From Candidatus Bathyarchaeota archaeon (GTDB lineage: Archaea > Thermoproteota > Bathyarchaeia > Bathyarchaeales > Bathycorpusculaceae), in assembly GCA_963702095.1 (NCBI GenBank), contig OY969706.1:1568001-1632000 (forward strand): a stretch of 64,000 nucleotides of DNA, given 5' to 3'. Below the pieces are notes generated by a model, which was given only the letters and a program-made list of their open reading frames with translations, had not been told where the DNA came from and did not search any database. The position numbers and the translations under genes were made by a program. This document shows positions 29,504-38,913 of the stretch, one piece after another. How positions within the stretch are numbered: the first letter of the stretch is position 1; the number at the start of each line of letters is the position of its first letter.

Positions 29504-29584
29504 GCACCTCCAAGCAATTAACAATTTCTACGATTGCGGGTAAGTATTTCATGCACTAACTCGTTGGCAATAATACTATTAAGC
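29504..29584 (-). promoter_or_regulatory. Duplicated promoter/RBS cassette, copy 1
   Basis: GCTTAATAGTATTATTGCCAACGAGTTAGTGCATGAAA..GCTTGGAGGTGC matches 38753-38820. Confidence 0.7.
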
Positions 29585-29715
29585 CGTGGACTTGGTTTGC
29601 TTAATACCACTTTCCGTTCAGCCTCAAACTGTTCACCGCTAACTCAAATAAAAAGGCTTTTGATTGAAGTGCATTTAGTTCCCTTCTTTAATAACTATGC
29701 ACCCTAAGAAAAATT

Positions 29716-30162
29716 TTAAGCACCATTGATTTCAGCTATTTCTTTCTTTAGTGCTTCTAACTCGATTTCTATGTCAATCTGCCTAACTCTTAAGTCGTTT
29801 TTGCCTTTGGATAGATTATCATCGATATAGTTTCTTTTGCTTCTTATCTGCCTCAAATAATGGTGCAAAATCAACCCCAAAATACAGACGGTTATGACTA
29901 AAACAGTCGTGCTAATGTATAAGAGCCCATAATTTAGGCTGGACAGGCTGTCAAAAAAGGCATAAAGAAATTGCGCAAAGATGTTTCCGACTATACCTAT
30001 GGCTAAGCCTAAAATTAATCCCCTTGAAACCTCTATTTTCTTTACGCCTTCGGTTTCCAGCATTTCTATTCTTTCAAGTATGCTGTTGTTGAACTCTTCC
30101 TCTTTTTTTAGGCGCTGTATCTTCAGTTCGATTTCTTCTTTTCTTACCTTTGTAGAAGCCAT
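29716..30162 (-). CDS. Hypothetical two-TM coiled-coil protein
   Basis: 148-aa ATG ORF with two hydrophobic helices. Confidence 0.65.
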   Translation of the reverse strand: MASTKVRKEEIELKIQRLKKEEEFNNSILERIEMLETEGVKKIEVSRGLILGLAIGIVGNIFAQFLYAFFDSLSSLNYGLLYISTTVLVITVCILGLILHHYLRQIRSKRNYIDDNLSKGKNDLRVRQIDIEIELEALKKEIAEINGA

Positions 30163-30333
30163 AGTTTGCCATATTATTAACCTTCGGCGCTTATTTTTTT
30201 CTTCGCTTGCAGGGTAACCAATCGAGGCTTATCAATCTAACAAAAATATTGAAAAACAACGTGCCAAATTTTTGGGTGACTACAAAACAGGAAATGTAGT
30301 CACCTAAACAAAAACCGATGCGTAAGCTGGGCT

Positions 30334-31710
30334 TCAACGTTTTTTGCGCAACAAAACCAGCGCCGCCGCCACAACTGCCACCGCCGCCAACGCAGCCGCT
30401 GCAATCAGCAAAGCTTCCTGCGGCAATTCGGGGGCTGGTTCAGGCGTAGCCGTATGGGATCCTGTTGTGTTGCTTGTTAAGTCAAATTCTATGTTGTGGC
30501 TGCTGTGGTGATATGTGAAATGTAGTATCCAACTGTCCGCTGTAGAGGAAACGGTGTAGCTTGCGGGGTTGCCGTCGATGTAGGCTTGGATTGTTGAAGC
30601 GTCATCTACAAGGGTTTTGCTGACACAAACATCGACATAGCCGGTTGTTCCAGTCTCTCCTGTTACAGAGAAGCTCAACTGTGCATCAGCCGAGTTAAAC
30701 GCTAAATCCGCCACAGTAGAGTTGGAATCCACTGAAAATACAGTTTGCGATTGATTGCCGCTTGAGGGTGTGATGAGAACGGAGATAGCTTTGAATACGA
30801 AGCTGGTTGTTGAACTTCCCCAGTAAGTTGCGTTAATTAGATAGTTGCCTTGAAGTGAAGGTGACCAATCAACTGAGTAGCTTCCAGTGGCGGAAGTGGT
30901 TGTTGAGCCAATAGAATGCCCTTCTGTTTCGCCGATTTGTCTATATGAAAAGTCTATGGTTGCTTGAGGTATACTGGCGCCGTAAACTGTTAGATCGCCG
31001 AAAACTTGCACTTTGCCATCGGAGTCTCCGCTTTGACAGTTAACCGTTAACGTTGACATTCCAGGATGTGAAGCATCAACAGATGGTGCAGGCATCACAG
31101 AGGCTGTGCCCTGTCCCGAAGCGTAAATTGCAACAACCTCATTATCAATGTATTGTATTGAACTGACGGTTCAAGGGAATGTTATGTCGTTTAAGCTGCC
31201 CCTCGCCCTTTGGACCGATTGATTAGTCCTATCGTTGTCTACAAGAATGTTTGGACCATGGACAATCACAGCTAACCAGTATGTGCCAGCCTGCAGAGAT
31301 ATTGGGGACGCGAAGTTTAGCGTTTGGAAATCATCCAGTGTTAATGGAAGTTGGTCATCCGCTTGTTTGCTGACGGTACCCACTTCTGTTTGACCAATCA
31401 GTTCTCCTACTTGTCAGTTGCTGTCGCCATAAATTGCAAATCGGTAAGTGCTGTCTCCTCCCTGTTCGTTAATAGAATACCCGATGTACATTTGGCATGA
31501 CATAGAAGTGACTGTTGCAGCATCGTTGAGTTGGAAGTTTGAGCCCGAAAAACTGTATGCGTCTCCGGTTCCATCTGCGCCATGAGCCAAATAGGGATAA
31601 CCAAGGATGGGTTTATCGCTCTGCGCAGAGGTAACTTGTAGAGTTCCAACTGCTATTGGCAATGTAATCAGGATAATCAAGGAAACCGCTAGAGGTAAAT
31701 GCTTATTCAA
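30334..31710 (-). pseudogene. Secreted Ig-like surface protein interrupted by two in-frame TGA codons
   Basis: ORFs 31414-31710, 31171-31383 and 30334-31098 share one frame and are separated only by TGA at 31414-31416 and 31171-31173; signal peptide to PEL-TM-RKKR tail. Confidence 0.8.
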
Positions 31711-31808
31711 GCGTGTGTAGCCTCCTCAGTGTCTGGGGCAAGGTTTGTTATACAGTTTACTGATATGAAATGTTATCAGAGCTTACATAGTGCAAGCGGA
31801 TGTCCCCG

Positions 31809-33782
31809 CTATTTGGTTTGCTTCTCCAACGGCAACCGAACAATAAACGTTGTGCCCTCTCCCACGCGGCTCTCAAAGGTTATTTCGCCATCCAGCATTT
31901 CAACCAGGCGTTTCACAACAGCCAACCCTAAACCTTGACCCTTCGCCTTGGTCGTAAACAAAGGCTTAAACAAGTTGGGTTTTGCCTCCTCAGAGATGCC
32001 AACGCCAGTGTCGCTAAGGGAGATGCAAGCTGTCTTGTCTTCTTTGGTTGCCTCAATCGTTAATTTGCCTCCCTTCGGCATAGCTTGGATAGCGTTGGTT
32101 ACCAAGTTAGTTATGATTCGTCTGAGAAAAGTCGGGTCAGTTGTTAGGGTCAAATCCTTTTTAGGCATTTGGAAGGTTATGTTGGGCGGTATTTTTCTGC
32201 CGCTTAGGGCACTATTTACAGTGTCCTTTACACTAACTGAGGACATTGTCGGTTTTAGAGTTCTTGTATAATCTTGGAGGTCGCTGACAATCTTGTTAAT
32301 ATACGCGATGTTTTCTTCTATGGCAGCAATGCTTTCGGCTATTTCGGGGCTAATACATGTGGGGTTAGTCTTGATTTCCTGTTCAATCAAGTATAGATCG
32401 CTTGTTATAGCTTGCAAGGGATTGCGTATGTCATGACCCACCATTCCCGCGGTTTGGCCGATAGCCGCTAAACGTTCAGACTCTCGAAGTTGCTTTGTGC
32501 GTTCATCAACGATTCTTTCAAGGTCTTTAGTGTAGAGTTCGAGTTGTCTTTGCAGTTCTTTCTGCTTCGATATGTCCTCAAATAAGACGACAGCATATCC
32601 CTTCTCAGGACTGTACCCTGACATTCTAAACCACCTGTCGAGACCTGCCATGTAGTTTTCGATTCTTGCAGGTTCCCGTTTAAGGGCAATTTTGCCAAGA
32701 ATATTTATCCAGTCAACGGGGTCCTTCTCGATTCCAACAATTATCTCTGTCAAACGCTTCCCTAAAATATCCGCCTTTCGTAGGTCCGTATTTGATTCGA
32801 AGGCATTATTGACTTCTAGAAAGATCGCGTCAACGGCATGGTCATACTTGTCAGCGACGACTCTTAAGTAGGCAACGCCACTCAACATGTTAGCAAATAA
32901 GACGGCAAACTGGTCGCGGCTGTTGCCGAAGGTTTCGAACCATCTTTCAGGAAAATCAGCCCCGGCAAATACCTGCTGCCTAAGCGTTAAAAGGGCAATG
33001 ATAAAAAACACACCCCCTAAATAATCGGAAATTCGTCCAACCCACTGTAAGGCATCGCCTAACTGGGTTGAATTGTAAGAAACGAAAAGGTCCAATGCAA
33101 ATAGGGCTAAAGCTAAAGAATACCAGTAAAGCGCACGTGTCCTTGTGCGCAAATATTGATAGCCAAAAACGATGCTTGCTAAAACAAAAAACAGAAATGA
33201 TAAACCGACGACAAACTGGCGCAAATCCGTTGTGCCGCCGTCAGCCGTAACAAATGGCGGAGTTACGCCTGCTACGGCCAACGCAGTTACTAACGCAATA
33301 GAACCGATTGATAACAGCAAAATCAACCCGATGATAAGTCCTCTGTTCGAAAGAACTTTGGAAGCAGGAGACGCCGCGGAAAGGTAAACCGCCCCAAAAG
33401 CCTGCATAATCGAGGAAACCAGAAAACCCACATTGAAGATTGTAAAGTTAGCGTTGGTTGATATGCCTGAAACCCAGCCTGACAAGAAAGCCGCTAAACC
33501 ACTTGCTACCAATGCACCGCTCAATAGGGCAAAACTAATTTGTCCAAATCTCAAAAAGCTTCTAACTGCGACGACGGCAACAAAAATGTTAGTTGCTGAA
33601 ATGAAAATGGCGTTGAGGACTAAGCGGAGGTAGGGCGGGTTGAAAGCGCCCTGTCCAGTGTAACCAGTTGCAATCAAAAGCAAAATCACAACTATTAAAC
33701 CAATGAAAATTATTAAGCCTGCGTTGCGAACGATTCTAGTCTGCTTAGACACTGAAACACCTAAAAAACAGCTAAGTACCAA
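31809..33782 (-). CDS. Membrane PAS-domain sensor histidine kinase
   Basis: Multi-TM, PAS, H-box GHDIRNPL, NLVTNAIQA, DTGVG, FTTK, GQGLGL. Confidence 0.93.
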   Translation of the reverse strand: MVLSCFLGVSVSKQTRIVRNAGLIIFIGLIVVILLLIATGYTGQGAFNPPYLRLVLNAIFISATNIFVAVVAVRSFLRFGQISFALLSGALVASGLAAFLSGWVSGISTNANFTIFNVGFLVSSIMQAFGAVYLSAASPASKVLSNRGLIIGLILLLSIGSIALVTALAVAGVTPPFVTADGGTTDLRQFVVGLSFLFFVLASIVFGYQYLRTRTRALYWYSLALALFALDLFVSYNSTQLGDALQWVGRISDYLGGVFFIIALLTLRQQVFAGADFPERWFETFGNSRDQFAVLFANMLSGVAYLRVVADKYDHAVDAIFLEVNNAFESNTDLRKADILGKRLTEIIVGIEKDPVDWINILGKIALKREPARIENYMAGLDRWFRMSGYSPEKGYAVVLFEDISKQKELQRQLELYTKDLERIVDERTKQLRESERLAAIGQTAGMVGHDIRNPLQAITSDLYLIEQEIKTNPTCISPEIAESIAAIEENIAYINKIVSDLQDYTRTLKPTMSSVSVKDTVNSALSGRKIPPNITFQMPKKDLTLTTDPTFLRRIITNLVTNAIQAMPKGGKLTIEATKEDKTACISLSDTGVGISEEAKPNLFKPLFTTKAKGQGLGLAVVKRLVEMLDGEITFESRVGEGTTFIVRLPLEKQTK

Positions 33783-34098
33783 TTCACTGGAACCAATAAA
33801 AGCGTTATCAGTGCCGTCTTCCTCAGCGGGCTGACTCCGCTATTTGCCAATGTCAAATTCTGCTCAATAGGGATTTTAATCAGGCTTTCTAGGCACTTAG
33901 CCATCGTAAAAACGTTTTAATACAAAGCAGGCTCTCAAAAACATAGGAAAAAACCCCTTTTTAGAAAAACAGCATAGTTAAGCTAAGATTTAACGCTAAA
34001 AGAGGCAAAATTACTATGTCCTTTTCAGACCGAAAAAATTGAGGCTAAACAAACAATTGGAAACAAAAAATGAATACCAAAAAATCTTCAGAAGCCGG

Positions 34099-35002
34099 AT
34101 GGAACGAGTTAAGTATTTTATGGATTTAACGGTCGTTAAGCCCTGCCATAAAGTTAACTTGAAAGATTGCAAAACTGGTTGGGCACAAAACGAAGAAGCA
34201 AAATTGATGGGCAAAGGCGAACTTAAAGATAGAGCAAACAGGCTTCTGCAGGAAAACCAGCAACAGACTAGCTGAAGCACAGGAACTCCTCTATGCCAGC
34301 CACACCTACGCCTTGCTGGTGATTCTGCAGGGCATGGATGCAGCAGGAAAAGACAGCACAATAAAGCATGTGATGTCAGGAGTTAATCCCCAAGGGTGCA
34401 GAGTCACCAGTTTCAAGCAACCCTCAAGCACCGAGCTTGACCATGATTTCCTTTGGCGACAATGTGTCGCGCTGCCTGAGAAAGGCATGATTGGCATATT
34501 CAACAGATCCTATTACGAAGAGGTCTTAGTGGTTAGAGTACATCCAGACCTTTTGGATAGGCAGAGGTTGCCGCCGGGGAACCGAGGAGAAAAGTTTTGG
34601 CAACAACGATACCAAGACATCGCATCCTTCGAACGCCATCTTGCACGCAACGGAACCGTCCTCCTAAAGTTTTTCCTAAACGTTTCCAACGAGGAGCAGA
34701 AAAAACGTTTCTTAGAACGCCTCGATACACCCCAGAAAAACTGGAAGTTCTCGGCTGCAGACCTAAAGGAACGCGATTATTGGGAACAGTATAGGGGGGC
34801 TTACGAGGATATGCTGAGTAATACAAGCACCAAGTGGGCGCCATGGTACATTGTCCCCGCGGATTACAAGTGGCTAGCGCGTTCCCTTATCGCTGACATA
34901 ATTACATCGAGCATCCTCTGCTTAGACCTCAAATATCCAGAGGTAAACAAGCAGCAGCTAGAGGGGCTTAAGGCAGCTAAGATGAAACTTGAATCCGAAT
35001 AA
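34099..35002 (+). CDS. ppk2: Polyphosphate kinase 2 family protein, frameshifted near 34265
   Basis: QELLYA..LLVILQGMDAAGKD, FK.PS..EL.HDFLWR, FNRSYYE.VLVVRVH, WKFS..D..ER. Confidence 0.9.
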
Positions 35003-35004
35003 CC

Positions 35005-36182
35005 TCAGGATGCCTTCCTAAAAGCTAAAAGCAAGGGTACAGTCGCCGCTGCTACTCCAGCAGAAAACAAAAACGCCAACCCCACAAACCCAGCGGCTAA
35101 CCCAACCGAAAACAGGGTAGTAGCCAAAACAGGCGCGATGCTCTGTGCTAACCCCGCGATTGCCAGGCCACACCCAAAGTGCCCCCCTGAGCAGCCTCCG
35201 AAGCGCTAACAGAAATCAAGGTGTTATAAGTTACGAATTGTATGCCAAAGCCGAATGAGGATATTGCTGTGACGACTAATAGAACCTCAAGGTTGGCAAC
35301 AAAGGACAGGACGGCGAGGCCAAAAATGAAGGCGACTACGCCTAAAAGAACCAACGTTTGCCTGTCGAAGCGTTTGCCAAGCGGCGGCAGCAAAACAGCC
35401 TGAGTGAAAACGCTCACCGCACCGATGAAAAAGAAAACTAAACCCGTTTGCAGTGAGCCAAAATTGAAAACAGCTTCCAGCCAAGGAGAAAGTGCGGATT
35501 GCAGAAAGACGAAGGATACAAAAAAAAGGAAATATACCGCAAGTAAAAGAACCATTTTTCTGCCTCTGATAGTGTCTAAGAGGGCTCTAAAAGAGAGAGT
35601 AACCCGTTTAACGTTGAAGCTGGCGGGTTCAGGCAACAGAAAAAACGCTGAAACAAGATTTCCTAACGCCAGCGCAGACGCCAAAAACGATGGCACCCCA
35701 TAGCCCAAGAAGGTGCTTAGTGTTCCGCCAATGGCAGGACCAAAAATAAACGCTAACCCCGCCGCTGCACCCAGCAACCCCAGATATTTTAGCCGCTGCT
35801 CTTTGGTGGTTACGTCGGCGACGTAGGCTTGGGCAACCGGAACCGTGGCAGCGGTGGTTCCAGAGAGCATCCTCCCCAAGAAAAGCATCCAAAGTGCCTG
35901 AGCTGCGCCAAAAAGTAAGTAGCTGAAACTTGACACGGCCAAGGCAGCTAAGAGGATTTTTCTTCGTCCATAGCGGTCGCTTAATCGGGCAACGAGGGGA
36001 GTAAAAACAAACGACATTAAACTGTAAGATGCCAGAAGCACGCCGTATAACAGGGTGCTGCCGCCCAATGATTGAACGTAGAAGTAGAGGTAGGGAACAA
36101 CTATGGCGAAGCCTAAGTTATCGAGGAAAACCACGGAGAAAAGCACGCTAAAGGTGGACCGCTCAGGGTTGGTGTTTACCAA
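35005..36182 (-). CDS. MFS transporter (TetA/DHA1-like), frameshifted near 35165
   Basis: LSDRYGRR, LFLGRMLSG, AYVAD.T, GPAIGG; adding one G (TGG GCA) restores the last TM helices to TGA at 35005. Confidence 0.88.
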
Positions 36183-36304
36183 AATTTCACTAAGAAGGTA
36201 GTGTTGACAGGGCAAATAAGCGTTTTTAACTAGAAATGCACCTTGACAGTAATCAAAATAATTGTTTTTTGGGGTTGCTGGCGGCGGGTATGTTTGTTTA
36301 GCCC

Positions 36305-36545
36305 TGCTTGTGCCCGATTGCATTGCGCTGTCGTTGCCGTTCACTGCTTTGACGCTAAAAAAGTAGTCGATACATGCTTTCACACACATCCAGTGCGCCT
36401 CTCCATGGAGCCATGTACCGCGTGTGGAGAAAAACGCTTTTTCCACACCGAAACAGACAAAGAAAAACAATGCAACCAAAAAAAGCAACCGCCTCCAGTT
36501 ACAGTCTTGTGGCACCCCACAAACCACCACACCCACATAAAGAGA
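36305..36545 (+). repeat. Dispersed repeat family A, copy A5 (full length, 241 bp)
   Basis: Near-identical inverted copy of 5412-5652. Confidence 0.95.
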
Positions 36546-36661
36546 GAAAAAACAACCAGCAAAAAACCTGTTAAGGCTGAGGTTGGCATTGTTTGTTATT
36601 GATACGGCACAGTCACGCACACTAATACACGCGTTTCGAGGCTATTGTGTGGGTGAAAAAT

Positions 36662-36871
36662 ATGCAAACCACAAGTTTTAACGACAAACAGGGGATGGAA
36701 ATCTGCGAAAACGTTGGGCGCGTCTTAGTAGACGAACTTGACACAGAAAATGTTTGGAACAAAGTGGAAGAAAGCCTCAGCCAATACCTGAAAAGCAACA
36801 ACATTGCTGAAAACGCGACTGAATTAACCGATAAACTTGAATGGTCAGTTAAAGTTAGGCTAAAGAAGTAG
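36662..36871 (+). CDS. Hypothetical small protein
   Basis: ATG ORF with GGGTGA RBS. Confidence 0.65.
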   Translation: MQTTSFNDKQGMEICENVGRVLVDELDTENVWNKVEESLSQYLKSNNIAENATELTDKLEWSVKVRLKK

Positions 36872-36895
36872 CCTATTTTTTCTAGTTTTTTGGGG

Positions 36896-37069
36896 GTGAA
36901 CGTTTTTTCAGAAGCTAAAGATGTAGGCAAATTTACGGTTGAACAGAAGAAAAAGAAACGGGAGATATTCGAGGAGAATGGTCACCGAGTTGAGGTTCCG
37001 CCTGATGTTGGAGATGAGGAGAAGAAGGCGCTGGAACAAACAGGCGATGACGCGACTCAAGGATGGTAA
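36896..37069 (+). CDS. Hypothetical 57-aa charged protein, not in the ORF track
   Basis: Manual translation MNVFSEAKDVGKFTVEQKKKKREIFEENGHRVEVPPDVGDEEKKALEQTGDDATQGW. Confidence 0.5.
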   Translation: MNVFSEAKDVGKFTVEQKKKKREIFEENGHRVEVPPDVGDEEKKALEQTGDDATQGW

Positions 37070-37170
37070 TTTTCCTATTTTTGAAGCATTTTTGTACCAA
37101 AATTTTAGTAATTAGGGTTGAAACAATAAATCTTTTATTCAGAACTTGAATATTAATTTGAGGATAAATC

Positions 37171-37428
37171 TTGGAAGAAGAGATAATCGAAATCGGCTGC
37201 ATAAAAAACTATTTTTCTAAAATCAACGTAGCAGTAGTCGAATTGATGCTTCCACTATCTGTGGGAGACCGCATTCAAATCAAAGGACCCTTCACCGATT
37301 TTGATCAAATAGTTCATTCCATGCAGATCGACCATAAAGATATCCAACGCGCCGAAGGCGGCCAAAGCGTCGGCTTAAAAATAACACAGCATGCACACGA
37401 AAAAGACGTGGTCTACAAGAAGCTTTAG
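37171..37428 (+). CDS. Small translation-factor-like beta-barrel protein (EF-Tu domain 2 / U32 C-terminal-like)
   Basis: IG.I..YFSKI.VAVVEL...L.VGD.I.IKG...F.Q.V.SMQID. Confidence 0.8.
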   Translation: MEEEIIEIGCIKNYFSKINVAVVELMLPLSVGDRIQIKGPFTDFDQIVHSMQIDHKDIQRAEGGQSVGLKITQHAHEKDVVYKKL

Positions 37429-37449
37429 CTGTAGATCAAATTTCGGGTT

Positions 37450-37595
37450 GTTTGTTTTTCTATTGTTAGTTGAAGGCAGGGGTGCCCTTTGCTCATCTTC
37501 TTCTTGGGGGCTTTGTGGGCGTTTGTGTTTTGGTTTCTGCGTTTGCTCTGGGTTGCAGGGTGGTTGTGGAGCAAACCACAAGCAGAACAGCAAAA
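37450..37595 (+). repeat. Dispersed repeat family B, copy B2
   Basis: TTGTTTTTCTA..GCCCTTT.CTCA.CTTC..GGCTTTG..TGGTTG..ACAAGCAGAACAGC. Confidence 0.75.
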
Positions 37596-37598
37596 CGG

Positions 37599-38729
37599 TT
37601 AGGGAATTATTTCGGCTCCATTGTATTTGACGTAGTCGAAGTCGGCGAGTTTGATTTTCCCGCTTTTTATTAGCCGCTGTATCGTTGGCGTCTGCCGCTT
37701 TACTGATTCGATAAGTTGCAAAACGGTGTAGCATACTCTGCTGTAGGCTTCGTCTGTCCACCGCTTGGTTATGTTGGTGTAGAGGCAGCGTCCTCCGCAG
37801 AGACCTAAGATCGTGCATTCGCTACAGGGTTTCTCCTCCACAAACCGTTTAGGCAGCCGCATGGGATCAGCGTCTTTTATATTGCCCATATAATAGGCTT
37901 TCATTCCCCACATGGTCGGGCAAGGAATGATGTAGCCGTCGGTTTGGATGGCATAGTTGATCCAGCCGCCGCCACACCGCATCAGACAATCCGCTTCGCC
38001 ATGCAGAAGCGAATATGCGATGCCCAGCAACGGGTAGAGTTTTAGAATTATACCCTTGTCTTCCATTTGGTCCACCCAGAACTTGGCTAAAGCGTCGACG
38101 CCGGGGATGTAGCTGGTTTTGCTCCACTCGTCAAAGTTGCGGCGTTGGTAATCGTTGCCCCAGAACCCAGCGTTTAGTTGCCAATGAACCGAAGAAAAAG
38201 AGAATTCATCGTTGCACAGTAGCCATTTTACTTGTTTCTCTATGTCTGTTTGTTCCATGACGGTCATGCGTGCGATGAGTTCGCCTTGGAACCCGTTTTG
38301 CCGGATGTGTGTGAGGTTGTTGATGACTTTGCGGAAGGTGCTTTTGCCGCGGTAGTGGTCGGTGAGGTTTTCGTCGCCGTCTAAGGAGACTAGGATTGTG
38401 TGGAAACGGTTGACGTATTTGGGTTCGAGTCTATCGAGTAGTAAACCGTTGGTTTGAATCATGTAGTGTTTAGGCGTGATTCTATCCATGATTTGCCGCA
38501 GCTTATCCATCTGCATGAGGGGTTCGCCGCCGTAGAAGGTTAAAACGCAGTCGGGGTCTTTGCGGCAAAACTTGTCCAGCAAACGCAGGTCGTAGTTGAG
38601 GTTGCGGGGCAGATTATAGTCGACTTCGATGTCGCCGCCGAATTCCTCGTCGAAGTCATCAAGGCTCTCGCCGAAGCAGTACTTGCACTGGAGGTTGCAG
38701 TTGCTGGTGAGGATCACATGGAAGAACAT
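37599..38729 (-). CDS. Radical SAM/SPASM protein (AF0577/TIGR04084-like, putative peptide modifier)
   Basis: CNLQCKYC, FYGGEP, CGGG..N...DG...PCP, C..C....CGGRC. Confidence 0.85.
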   Translation of the reverse strand: MFFHVILTSNCNLQCKYCFGESLDDFDEEFGGDIEVDYNLPRNLNYDLRLLDKFCRKDPDCVLTFYGGEPLMQMDKLRQIMDRITPKHYMIQTNGLLLDRLEPKYVNRFHTILVSLDGDENLTDHYRGKSTFRKVINNLTHIRQNGFQGELIARMTVMEQTDIEKQVKWLLCNDEFSFSSVHWQLNAGFWGNDYQRRNFDEWSKTSYIPGVDALAKFWVDQMEDKGIILKLYPLLGIAYSLLHGEADCLMRCGGGWINYAIQTDGYIIPCPTMWGMKAYYMGNIKDADPMRLPKRFVEEKPCSECTILGLCGGRCLYTNITKRWTDEAYSRVCYTVLQLIESVKRQTPTIQRLIKSGKIKLADFDYVKYNGAEIIP

Positions 38730-38752
38730 AGCTTATCCATAGATTACGGCCT

Positions 38753-38820
38753 GCTTAATAGTATTATTGCCAACGAATTAGTGTATAAAAGAATACAAAA
38801 ACTTAACCGCTTGGAGGTGC
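38753..38820 (+). promoter_or_regulatory. Duplicated promoter/RBS cassette, copy 2
   Basis: 35 of 38 nt identical to the reverse complement of 29547-29584, plus the shared GCTTGGAGGTGC. Confidence 0.7.
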
Positions 38821-38913
38821 AATTGGTTTGAGCAGAATGACAGACGAGACAATACCCTACCTTGAGCAGTTGTATTCAAGCACTTTCATTGGATGTCGTA
38901 CATTCCTTCTCTA

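Noticed and set aside
25716-30300. Intact integrative element at tRNA-Ser (or at tRNA-Ala)
   Set aside because: No integrase and no duplicated tRNA 3' end found by eye
36183-36620. 146-aa N-terminal extension of the MFS transporter
   Set aside because: It is the stop-free antisense reading of repeat A5; MFS similarity begins near 36182
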